From positions 32,001 to 96,000 of the IMG/VR virus record IMGVR_UViG_3300045256_000282: 64,000 bases of DNA, one strand, 5' to 3'. Positions 55,335 to 64,000 of the stretch are shown here, piece after piece. The position numbers were made by a program, and so were the translations under genes. The stretch's first letter is position 1. The number at the start of each line of letters is the position of its first letter. Origin of the DNA: a virus. The notes under the pieces were generated by a model. That model made no database searches. It saw only the letters and a program-made list of their open reading frames with translations, and was not told the DNA's origin.

Positions 55335-57215
55335 ATGAGTCAAGCTTTCGTTTATGACGTAGCAAAAAACTCAGAAGATTCTCACCAGACAAGCCCCGCC
55401 TGGATGCTGACCTTTGTGCGTTGGGCAAACCGAGATCCTAATAACCACACAAACCCACAGGCCGCTGGTGGAGACCTTGCTGTAACAGACCCGCTTGTTG
55501 TTATCAACGACTGCGTATCCGTATCCGTCAACGTTTCAAAATCTTCTCACACACCCTCGATGTCGGCCATCTTAAGGGCTGGGGATATCAACTACCTAAC
55601 ATCCATAGCTCCCGGCGATTTCGTGTTCGTTAACATGGCGGACTGGGAAAAAGACATAGACGATGTTTACGAGAGAGCAAAGGCTTCTAAACCTATTAAC
55701 CAGTTTAAAGACGGTTTTAAAGGCTATTTTAAGGTTCAATCTGTCAGACGAATACTTACAGTTAATCCAGCTTCTGGATCTAAAGAGGTCATGTTTCAAG
55801 TAGAGGGCTTTGGCTTTACTGAATTTAATAACATGATTTACTTTAATCCTCACCTTATTCCACCCGGATCTGACAACAATCAGGCTCTTTTCTTGACCAA
55901 CTTAAGCAGGTATTGGCATAGTTTGTTTTCAACTAACGGACTCCCTACGGTGCAAGAGGTCATCAGGTTTTTCATTAAATCTTTTTTGGGAGAAGGTCAA
56001 CTAGCAGCAGGGATTAATAGGACGGTAAGGCAGTCTGGGGCAAACGCGGACTTCACTTCAAACACTCAATTTTATGTTCCCCAAGGCGTCGGCTCTTTGT
56101 TAGGTCAAGATAAGGCTAAGGCGGCAAAAGATCTCTATATCTACCTTATGGGGATACAACAGTATTCTTCGGGTAATACCAATACACCAGAACTTAGCCT
56201 ACTTCCTTCAAACCTAAACCCTGTACCTAAAGATGGAAGGTTTTTTTACACCAAACAGACATGTCAAGGAAGAGCTTTCGTAAAACCTGACTACTGGAAT
56301 CAAGTCCCTGTTTGGAGCGTAATGGAACAGTACTTAAATTCACCGATAAATGAGATGTACGTTTCTTATCGACCAGCCCCTAATGGTCTTGTGATGCCCA
56401 CCTTTACCATGAGACAGATGCCGTTTTCTAGCGAGAAGTATAAGGGTGTAGGAACAAAGTTTCTTAACCTACCACGCTGGAGGATTGATCCAGGCCTTAT
56501 CTATGACGTGAACATTGGAAGGGATGAGGCCGCAAGGATAAACTTTGTGCAAGTTTTTGGTATGATGACAGGTTCTGCTAGACCGGACCTTAGCATCGCG
56601 TACCCGATAGCAAAAGGCAATTACGTTTCTGACAATAAAGATATTAAAAGAAGTGGACTAAGACCGTACGTCATTACTTCCAACTTTGATCTCCCAGCAC
56701 TTCAATCGCAAACTAGCAATAAACAATATACCCGAGCCCTAGAATGGAAAAATCTTCTTGGGGATGCTCTTATTGGTGGCCATCTTAAGTTAAACGGCAC
56801 GATAACCACGGTAGGCATCGTTGACCCCATATCTCCAGGTGATAACCTAGAGTTGGGGGATACCGTGTATCACATCGAATCAGTTTCTCACTCAGCCACC
56901 TTAGCTCCAGGTGGTCAAAAGACTTTCCGCACTACCCTAGAACTTTCTCATGGCATCAGTAAGTTTTCTAATACTGAGAAAAAAGTTTATTCTCAGATGG
57001 TAAATAGTAAGATGGAGATTGAGTCGCGAGAAGATTACAATAACGGCGACGGTATGCTACCGGGAATTGTAGACTCTGAGACCGTATACCCAGATCCTTT
57101 CTTTGATATGGACGCTGCTTCAAAAAACAAAAGTTTTGATCTGCCACCCAAGTCTTTTGGTAAGCCGAAGAAACAGGGTAAGCTTAAGAAAAGATCTAAG
57201 AAGGTTGCAAAATGA
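55335..57215 (+). CDS. Baseplate hub-like protein
   Basis: 626 aa after tape measure; NEMY, R..PF, GLRP, NGTI...G...I..G..L, YHIESVSH. Confidence 0.7.
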   Translation: MSQAFVYDVAKNSEDSHQTSPAWMLTFVRWANRDPNNHTNPQAAGGDLAVTDPLVVINDCVSVSVNVSKSSHTPSMSAILRAGDINYLTSIAPGDFVFVNMADWEKDIDDVYERAKASKPINQFKDGFKGYFKVQSVRRILTVNPASGSKEVMFQVEGFGFTEFNNMIYFNPHLIPPGSDNNQALFLTNLSRYWHSLFSTNGLPTVQEVIRFFIKSFLGEGQLAAGINRTVRQSGANADFTSNTQFYVPQGVGSLLGQDKAKAAKDLYIYLMGIQQYSSGNTNTPELSLLPSNLNPVPKDGRFFYTKQTCQGRAFVKPDYWNQVPVWSVMEQYLNSPINEMYVSYRPAPNGLVMPTFTMRQMPFSSEKYKGVGTKFLNLPRWRIDPGLIYDVNIGRDEAARINFVQVFGMMTGSARPDLSIAYPIAKGNYVSDNKDIKRSGLRPYVITSNFDLPALQSQTSNKQYTRALEWKNLLGDALIGGHLKLNGTITTVGIVDPISPGDNLELGDTVYHIESVSHSATLAPGGQKTFRTTLELSHGISKFSNTEKKVYSQMVNSKMEIESREDYNNGDGMLPGIVDSETVYPDPFFDMDAASKNKSFDLPPKSFGKPKKQGKLKKRSKKVAK

Positions 57216-58267
57216 AGCTAAGGAACGGCACAGTATTGCCATCAGGCTTACTAGGAACAACCTCCTCAAGTCGAGTTACGGCTTTCAATAAGACGTATCA
57301 AAACCACGCGATCAGGGCTGGCATCGTGGTTAAGCGGTACGAGATAGAAGACAAGTCAAACGTATCAAAGCTTGCAATCGAATACGACGTGATGGTTATC
57401 GAGCAGGATGCTAACATGGGTTCCACACCCATCTTGTACAAGAATTGTCTTTCAGCAGACGGCTTGGGTGCCATCGCAGACTTCTTTGAAAAGAAGTTTA
57501 GGAAGCAGAAAAAAGCCGACAAGAAGACCAGAGGAATGGATTTCGTAGGCCAAGATGGCGCTATCGTGCTTTTGATGTGCCTAGACGGAGCCGGAGAAAA
57601 GGCGTTGATAGTTGGTGGACTAAAGCATCCAGAGAGAAAGACTAAGTTAGTAGGCAAGGAAGAGATTCTTGCTGGTGAGTACAACGGTGTAGCAATTACG
57701 GTTGGAGAAGATGGCTCTTGCAACCTTACCTTTAAGGGCGCAACCAATAATGACGGAACACCAAAGGATTCGTCTCAAGGCAACACTACGGTAGACATTG
57801 AGAAAGACGGAAGTTTTCAGGTTAAGAATAAGGGCGTTACCCAGCGCATGGAGAAGGCTGGAAAATATTCTCTTACCACGGAAGATTCTACAACCGTAAC
57901 CGCCAAAAAAGAGATCTCTTTAAACACCGAAGATAAGTTTTCCTTAAAAGCAAAGTCTGACGCAAGCATCGAATGTGTTAAGATGGCTCTAAAAGCATCG
58001 GGTTCTGCAAACCTAGAGATGCAAAGCCTTGACCTAATGTCGCAGGGTGAGGCAAACCTAAAGGCTCAGATGTTCAGCATCGAGGCTCAGAGCTTAGCAA
58101 AAGTTAAGGCTAGCACGATCGTACTTGACGGTTTTGTTAGCCTTGGGTCTGCTGGGGGTACTCCAGCACTAACCCTAAACACGCAGTTCCTAGGTGTCGG
58201 AAATCTCGGCATACCAGTAATCAGCACCGCGATAGGTCCGTTTTCAACGAAAGTGACTATAATATGA
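57212..58267 (+). CDS. Baseplate spike (gpV/gp5-like)
   Basis: OB-fold-like N-terminus, beta-repeat C-terminus. Confidence 0.7.
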   Translation: MKLRNGTVLPSGLLGTTSSSRVTAFNKTYQNHAIRAGIVVKRYEIEDKSNVSKLAIEYDVMVIEQDANMGSTPILYKNCLSADGLGAIADFFEKKFRKQKKADKKTRGMDFVGQDGAIVLLMCLDGAGEKALIVGGLKHPERKTKLVGKEEILAGEYNGVAITVGEDGSCNLTFKGATNNDGTPKDSSQGNTTVDIEKDGSFQVKNKGVTQRMEKAGKYSLTTEDSTTVTAKKEISLNTEDKFSLKAKSDASIECVKMALKASGSANLEMQSLDLMSQGEANLKAQMFSIEAQSLAKVKASTIVLDGFVSLGSAGGTPALTLNTQFLGVGNLGIPVISTAIGPFSTKVTII

Positions 58268-58767
58268 TGTTCCCGATCTTGTGGGCCTTGGCCGCAGTTT
58301 TTATCTTAGTTTCATCTCTCGAGTTTCCTGGGATCTGTAAGATTACCAAGAGCAAGGTCTTTGAGTTTGTAAGGTTCATGGCCTGGGTGACTCTTATTAG
58401 GGTAGGAGTCGCCTACCTTTCTGGAGCACATTATAAAGATCCAGACCCAAACTCCCCCATGAATACGATCAACCTCTTGTTCACCTTAGGGGTTTTTTGG
58501 GAGGATGTCTTTTTTACTCTACCCATACTTATAGCGGAGAAGATGGGCGCATCAAAAGTTACTAAGGGCATGATGATAGCGCTAAGCTCAATGGCGTTCG
58601 CTTCTGGCCACATAGCGTACGGTTTTCCGTGGTCCTTGATTACATTGGCCTATGTACCATTTGTCTCATACAAGTACGGAAGAAAACACGGTTTAGGAAC
58701 AGTGATGATTTGTCACATCCTTTATGACGTCATCACCTTGGCAAGCGTAAGATATCTGATGCCATGA
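58264..58767 (+). CDS. CPBP (Abi/CAAX protease II family) intramembrane protease
   Basis: Multi-TM; WED..F, F..GH, H..YD motifs. Confidence 0.7.
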   Translation: MMFPILWALAAVFILVSSLEFPGICKITKSKVFEFVRFMAWVTLIRVGVAYLSGAHYKDPDPNSPMNTINLLFTLGVFWEDVFFTLPILIAEKMGASKVTKGMMIALSSMAFASGHIAYGFPWSLITLAYVPFVSYKYGRKHGLGTVMICHILYDVITLASVRYLMP

Positions 58768-59036
58768 CAAAGAGAAGAGGACTTCGCATTTCTAACAAGG
58801 CTGAGATGGACGCTTTGATGGCCATGGAATCTTCCTTGTTTTATGTTACTTTTTTAGGAGACGCGGTGGTTTTAAAAAATCAGATTACCTTTAACAAGTC
58901 TCAAGCGGAAAAGTGTTACGTGATGGCGCTTAACCAGGCTGTTGCGATGATGAACTCAGCCAAGAGCTTAAGGCAAAAGATAGAAGCCTCCACTGCTTTT
59001 ATGAGTGTACAAATACTTCAGCTTAGGATACATTGA
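58764..59036 (+). CDS. Hypothetical protein
   Basis: 90 aa, ATGA-coupled. Confidence 0.55.
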   Translation: MTKRRGLRISNKAEMDALMAMESSLFYVTFLGDAVVLKNQITFNKSQAEKCYVMALNQAVAMMNSAKSLRQKIEASTAFMSVQILQLRIH

Positions 59037-59043
59037 GGATAGT

Positions 59044-60429
59044 ATGCCGTTAAATCAAGATGACAGGATAGCATTTTCAAAGAAGATAGTTGAAGCGCCC
59101 TTCTTAATCGCCGCTATCAACAAGTCTAAGGAGACTATCCTTACCGAAAAAGAGAAGGCTCAGAAGCTTGACGACGGCCATAAGAACCTGGTCGACTCCA
59201 AGACAGTTCTGGTAAACGCATACCAGGGTGAGCTTATAAAGCTTGACGGTATTACAAGATCAACTCTTACGGAACAAGATCAGCAGGACGCCGCAAACTT
59301 CGTTCTTGGAAACAACCTTTATCCTAATAATCCACAAAATCCTCCGCCAAGCACCGCGCCATCGGTATGGACAAAAACTAAGCCTTACGCAAGAAACTTA
59401 GCGGTTGGCAAATTTTACAACGAAGCTTACGGTGCAACTGTTACGAAAGAAAGTGATGTCATCGCACTTGCCACAGCGGACGTTACAACTATACAGTCCA
59501 CATATGCTTTGATCGAGCAGGTTACCGGGCAAACCTGTACAACTCCAGGTGGAACATGCTCTATTCCAATGTACGTTACTCAACCTACGTGCGTGATGAA
59601 CGGAGGAGTTTGGACTCCTGGAGTCGACACCATCGCAACATATCCGGCTGTTCAAACAGCGCTTACCAATCTTATATCCAAGGTAAATGACATCAGAGCT
59701 TTCTTGGTATCGGAGGCGGCTACGATCTACACATCAGACTCTGACAATACCAGAAAGACCGAGAGCTTGGCGGCCCTAAACAATATAAACAACGTCACGA
59801 TACCCGCCATCGACGCATGGCTCGCACTTCCAAACTTTAACACAGCCCATGGACAGACAACCTGCTCAGGCTTTTTTGGATACAATCCTACCCTCTTAGC
59901 TCCTACCAAGTTAAGTACGGCCAACATAAACGCACTGCTAACCGCTCTTTCGAACAGGGGTACGTTTGCTACCACAAGATCAGGGCAGCTATCTGGATAT
60001 CTTGGTTCCATAACCCAAAACCTTTCTTCTGGGGACGTAACTGGTTCCGGTCTATATTTTGAGAGGTTCTCTTTTATCCAGCTTAGGCTGAACCTGTTGG
60101 GCGGATCTCTTATAACCTTAAAGGGTTATGAGCGTGCGAACAATGCTCAGGATGATCAAATTTCAAACATCAACGCCGCAAAAGCAACCTACGAACTTAT
60201 CCTAAGATGCTCTGCGTTCTCAGCACCCGCGACAGGAACCAAGTTTCTTAGCGTGAAAAGCACGACCGGACTATCTGCTGGGGACAACGTTTACGTTATA
60301 GCTGACGGTCAACCTGAGCTTACTAGGACCATCGAATCTGTTTCTGGGAATAGGATAGTCTTTGGCCAACCCATACCAGCAAACTACAAAGACAGCTCGT
60401 TTGGGCGAGTTTATAAGGATCTCACATGA
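59044..60429 (+). CDS. Putative virion/baseplate structural protein
   Basis: 461 aa, GAGG RBS, within baseplate cluster. Confidence 0.6.
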   Translation: MPLNQDDRIAFSKKIVEAPFLIAAINKSKETILTEKEKAQKLDDGHKNLVDSKTVLVNAYQGELIKLDGITRSTLTEQDQQDAANFVLGNNLYPNNPQNPPPSTAPSVWTKTKPYARNLAVGKFYNEAYGATVTKESDVIALATADVTTIQSTYALIEQVTGQTCTTPGGTCSIPMYVTQPTCVMNGGVWTPGVDTIATYPAVQTALTNLISKVNDIRAFLVSEAATIYTSDSDNTRKTESLAALNNINNVTIPAIDAWLALPNFNTAHGQTTCSGFFGYNPTLLAPTKLSTANINALLTALSNRGTFATTRSGQLSGYLGSITQNLSSGDVTGSGLYFERFSFIQLRLNLLGGSLITLKGYERANNAQDDQISNINAAKATYELILRCSAFSAPATGTKFLSVKSTTGLSAGDNVYVIADGQPELTRTIESVSGNRIVFGQPIPANYKDSSFGRVYKDLT

Positions 60430-60528
60430 ATTTAGTTGACCTTTTTGTTCAATCTATGAAGATAGTTCTTGCTATGACCGTAGTTTCGGCGTTAGCTGGA
60501 ATCGTATTAGGTTTTGTTTTGATACACT

Positions 60529-61116
60529 TCACTCAAGACTAAGTTCGCAGCCGTCTAGCATCTCTTGCAGGTAATGGTCCAGATACTTCTTGATGCAGTA
60601 CTCGCTTGGCATCCTTGAGTGCATGATAGATCTTGGGCATTTGTCTTCAAAGTAGCCGTTTTCTAAAAGATCCTTAGCACCCCATTTTGAATTGGGCATC
60701 TCTAGGCCTTCTTTGGATTCTGGGTAGGTGCCCTTGTCGTAAGTATGGTCCCTGTTACATATGCAGTGACCTGCTTCGTGAAAAACCAGAATTTCTCTGA
60801 CCAAGTCGCTAGAGTGTTCCCAATATAGGGTGTCTACCTCTATCTCAGTACCGCTATCCTCTAGTTTTGAGCACAAACCCACGATGCTGCCTTCTTTGCC
60901 AATCTCCGATTTCCCGGCGGTCAACCCCTCAAATAGGTTTGGGTACTTTTTGTCAAAATGTTCTTCGACCCTTTTCTTGTAATCTAACAGATAAAAATGG
61001 ATATCCTTATCTATGTTATTGAATTTCTTAGATGTTTTGTTAAAATTTGAAGTAACACAGGAAGATACTGCCGATACAAAAAGGATAAAACTCAATAAGA
61101 TCTTATACTTAGTCAT
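60529..61116 (-). CDS. Lipoprotein zinc metallopeptidase (HExGH), paralogue of 31732-32163
   Basis: VSSC lipobox-like; IVGLC, REILVFHEAGHC..NR.H, CPRSIM. Confidence 0.75.
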   Translation of the reverse strand: MTKYKILLSFILFVSAVSSCVTSNFNKTSKKFNNIDKDIHFYLLDYKKRVEEHFDKKYPNLFEGLTAGKSEIGKEGSIVGLCSKLEDSGTEIEVDTLYWEHSSDLVREILVFHEAGHCICNRDHTYDKGTYPESKEGLEMPNSKWGAKDLLENGYFEDKCPRSIMHSRMPSEYCIKKYLDHYLQEMLDGCELSLE

Positions 61117-61272
61117 TTTCTTACCAGTTTCAGGTTATGTCTACCCTTTAGGTTTCCCTTAAAGGCTTTTTCCTAAATCCTAGGATATGACCCACAAGGA
61201 GGCCAGCTAGGAAAGAAAACACTGATATTATGATCATTAGTTGGCTTGCTTCTTTCATTTTGACACCAGCAC

Positions 61273-61278
61273 AATCTT
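61273..61278 (+). promoter_or_regulatory. AATCTT putative late promoter element
   Basis: Upstream of GGAG RBS of 61303. Confidence 0.5.
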
Positions 61279-61302
61279 GAAGGTAGGATATCACGGAGTT
61301 AT

Positions 61303-63924
61303 ATGGCATTTAATTCATCGGACCCCTTCGGGCTAGGCAAACAGATTGAAGACGTAGGCAGGTCCATATCCGATGGCCTTAAGCAGCTTACCCAAGAAAT
61401 TCAGGCCGGTAGCGGCTCGGCTTCCCCTGGACCATGGACAGAGTTTAAGGCCTCAAAAGAGGGTATGTTCCCATCCGTCCAGATCGACGGCGATCGTTGG
61501 AACCAACTTTACCCTTACCGGCTCGTTGTGTGGGACGCCGAACTAAAAAAGATCGTAGGCGCTGGTTTTGGTCAGTCTTTAAAAGAAAAGTATCAAAAGA
61601 TAAGCCCAGACTCTTACAGGATAAGCTTTGAGCCTATGGCTAGCGCCTGGGAGTTTAGGCTTCCAATAACACCTCAGCAATATTCCGTCTCTACTCCATT
61701 CACAGCCGTTACAACTGCTACTCAGCGCGGAATAGTTGAAGAGCACGGCGGTATCAAGTTTAAGATGATCAACTGCTCTGGGAGCCTTGGTGTTTGGGCT
61801 AACAGAAAAAGCCTAAACGGTAAACCCGAAAATCCCTCGATCCTCACGACCCTTTTTTCTGGAACCATCGAAGCGTTTCAGGGGGTAACTAATCAGATCG
61901 ATAGGACCATCAGATCCATCACATCGAATCACCCAGCTCCCAAGCCAACAGAAAAAAACCCAGAAGGATCAGACCTCGAGTCAACAGGGTATTACCAGAT
62001 GCTTCTTCTGGATCAGTTTTTGGAGCAATACTCTGAGTTTAAGAAACAACCTTTTGCAAAAGATTGGAGACTTGTTCTTGATATCCCAAAAGAGAACCAG
62101 TCTTTCATTGTCACTCCTGTTCAGTTTACGTACAGCAAGTCTGCCGACTCTCCAAACGAAACCAAGTTTAACTTTCAGCTAAAAGCTTGGCGACGGATTG
62201 ACTTAGCTGAAAAGGTTGCTCCTGCTACCTTTGACGACCTCACGCTTACCCCAGACCTTCTTAGAAAAGTAATAACTGCTGTTGAAGAAGCTCGAAGAAC
62301 TATCGGCGCTTCCTATAACCTGATCAAGGCTGTTAGGTCAGATTTTCAAACTCCTTTCAACATCCTTAGAGAGATCTCATTATTTGCAAAAGATGCTGCA
62401 GGACTACCGGCAGCAGTTATTGATCTGCCAAGACAGATAATTCAAGATGCAAAATCGTCTTTAAAAGATTCGATGAACAATCTTGATGATGCCTCTATTC
62501 AGCTTAATACGGGAACTTCAAAATCCTTAAAAAGCAGCCTTGCTACGGTAAAATCAACCTTTTCTTCAAGAGAAGGTATCTCCGACGCAGCGGTAACCTC
62601 CGGCCAAGTGGGCCTTTCTGCTAAGACAGCTCTCGATACTGATCCGTCTATCGATATCTTTAATAACCCAGAACAAAACTTTGACCTGTTTAATCTTTTA
62701 AGCGTTACAGACGTAAACTTCAACTTTGCTCAACAAGAAAGAATAGACAGTGATCTTGAGACGATACGAAACACTACGGTGGACGATCTTATAACTAAGC
62801 GAACTCAACTTTTAGAGCTTGCTCTTCAAATATCCAACGCTTTTGGTGCAGGAAGTCAGGATTACTCTGACATCTACGATACTCCGACTCCGTACAAAAG
62901 AATTCAACAGATGACGATTGATGAGTTTAGTATTCTAAAAAGCATCTACGATTCTATACAAGCGCTAGATTCTATAACGTCAACCAACGAGCTTGATCAG
63001 GGTAAGAACGACAGCGCTTTTGAGTATGTAGGAAGCTTGGCTTCAGATTCTAACATACCCTTTGAAAACAGCTTATCTAAGATACGAGTTCCAGTTCCGT
63101 TTGGGTTAAACATGGAACAAATGGCCGCAAGGTTTCTTGGCAATCCTGAGAGATGGATCGAGATAGCAACTCTTAACGCCATGAGAAGCCCGTACATTGA
63201 CGAAGATGGTTTCTTTTACAACTTACTTTCAAATGCAGACGGAAGACAGTTTAACGTAGAAACTAATCAAAACCTTTATGTTGGACAAAAGATCGTTCTA
63301 TCAAGTCTAACCCAACCTCAGACTACTCGAAGAATCATCAACATTGAGCAGATCAGTCCGACCAACTTTCTTATCACCGCCGATGGCCTTGACAACCTCG
63401 ATGTCTTCACGACCAATGATAAGGCCAAGATGAGGGCTTACTTGCCAGGTACGGTTAACAGTCAGGATCAGATCTACATCCCTTCTGAACAAGATGTGAC
63501 CGAGACGTTTTTAAGCAGACCCGTCCCCGCAACCAAGGGTGACCCCCTTGTAGGGTTATCAAAGATTGACTGGCTTTTGACCGAATCCGGCGACATTGCT
63601 ACGGACGCTTACGGGGATTTTAGGTTAGCCTTTGGTATCTCAAATCTTATCCAGGCACTTAAGATGAAGTTTTCAACCCCACCAAACAGGTTGCTAACCC
63701 ACCCTGGATATGGTGCCGGGTTAACCCCAGGCATATCCACTGCCGATCTTAGAGATTCTGATGTGATTCGTCAGATAATCAAGTCTATTCAAAATGATCC
63801 AAGGTACGGTGATATCATAAGCTTAAATATCGATAGGGTTGGACCTAAGTACTCCATATCCTTATCGGTTACGTTGGCTGATGGAAGCGGCGTCTTTCCG
63901 ATCAACTTCGTACTAAACGGATAG
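61303..63924 (+). CDS. Baseplate protein (tube-initiator-like N-terminus, LysM-like middle, gp25-like C-terminus)
   Basis: LPITPQ, A.RFLG.P.RW.EIA.LN, G..NL.QAL....TP...L..HP.YG, DPR. Confidence 0.75.
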   Translation: MAFNSSDPFGLGKQIEDVGRSISDGLKQLTQEIQAGSGSASPGPWTEFKASKEGMFPSVQIDGDRWNQLYPYRLVVWDAELKKIVGAGFGQSLKEKYQKISPDSYRISFEPMASAWEFRLPITPQQYSVSTPFTAVTTATQRGIVEEHGGIKFKMINCSGSLGVWANRKSLNGKPENPSILTTLFSGTIEAFQGVTNQIDRTIRSITSNHPAPKPTEKNPEGSDLESTGYYQMLLLDQFLEQYSEFKKQPFAKDWRLVLDIPKENQSFIVTPVQFTYSKSADSPNETKFNFQLKAWRRIDLAEKVAPATFDDLTLTPDLLRKVITAVEEARRTIGASYNLIKAVRSDFQTPFNILREISLFAKDAAGLPAAVIDLPRQIIQDAKSSLKDSMNNLDDASIQLNTGTSKSLKSSLATVKSTFSSREGISDAAVTSGQVGLSAKTALDTDPSIDIFNNPEQNFDLFNLLSVTDVNFNFAQQERIDSDLETIRNTTVDDLITKRTQLLELALQISNAFGAGSQDYSDIYDTPTPYKRIQQMTIDEFSILKSIYDSIQALDSITSTNELDQGKNDSAFEYVGSLASDSNIPFENSLSKIRVPVPFGLNMEQMAARFLGNPERWIEIATLNAMRSPYIDEDGFFYNLLSNADGRQFNVETNQNLYVGQKIVLSSLTQPQTTRRIINIEQISPTNFLITADGLDNLDVFTTNDKAKMRAYLPGTVNSQDQIYIPSEQDVTETFLSRPVPATKGDPLVGLSKIDWLLTESGDIATDAYGDFRLAFGISNLIQALKMKFSTPPNRLLTHPGYGAGLTPGISTADLRDSDVIRQIIKSIQNDPRYGDIISLNIDRVGPKYSISLSVTLADGSGVFPINFVLNG

Positions 63925-63971
63925 GTAAAGACTGATGTTTTTAGTAGGATATGGCAAAGTAGGCAGAACCG

Positions 63972-63978
63972 AATCTTT
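63972..63978 (+). promoter_or_regulatory. AATCTTT putative late promoter element for next gene
   Basis: Same GAATCTTTAAAG context as 52816. Confidence 0.5.
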
Positions 63979-64000
63979 AAAGAAGAGCAGGTAAAAAGAT

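Noticed and set aside
1-64000. CRISPR array, integrase, transposase, intron or reverse transcriptase
   Set aside because: No regularly spaced repeats or recognisable catalytic motifs seen by eye

Overview
Fragment of a large lytic myovirus (jumbo-phage-like) genome, standard genetic code, Gram-negative host (several gene families point tentatively to Bdellovibrionota/Oligoflexia). The + strand virion module (head-associated/neck genes, tail sheath, tube, three tail fibres; 1-14.2 kb) is separated from the tape measure/baseplate module (52.9-64 kb) by about 38 kb of lysis and accessory genes: holin/spanin-like cassette, SLT lytic transglycosylase, UDG-like protein, RNA-repair set (kinase, RlaP-like nucleotidyltransferase, Rnl1 ligase, two metallophosphoesterases), pyrophosphatase, ThyX, dUTPase, DUF932, Rrf2 regulator, PagL-like lipid A deacylase, a PA14 lipoprotein and many small ORFs. 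Two tRNAs are present: Ile(UAU) and fMet-like(CAU). Most notable signals: a -1 frameshift site (C CCA AAA plus H-type pseudoknot) extending the first ORF, three candidate structured ncRNAs (two flanking the tRNA-Met, one about 230 nt behind its own promoter), a recurrent AATCTT late-promoter motif, a host-envelope remodelling gene set, a sigma70 region 4 mimic and a G-quadruplex in the tape measure leader. Protein family calls are from motif recognition by eye, not database searches.
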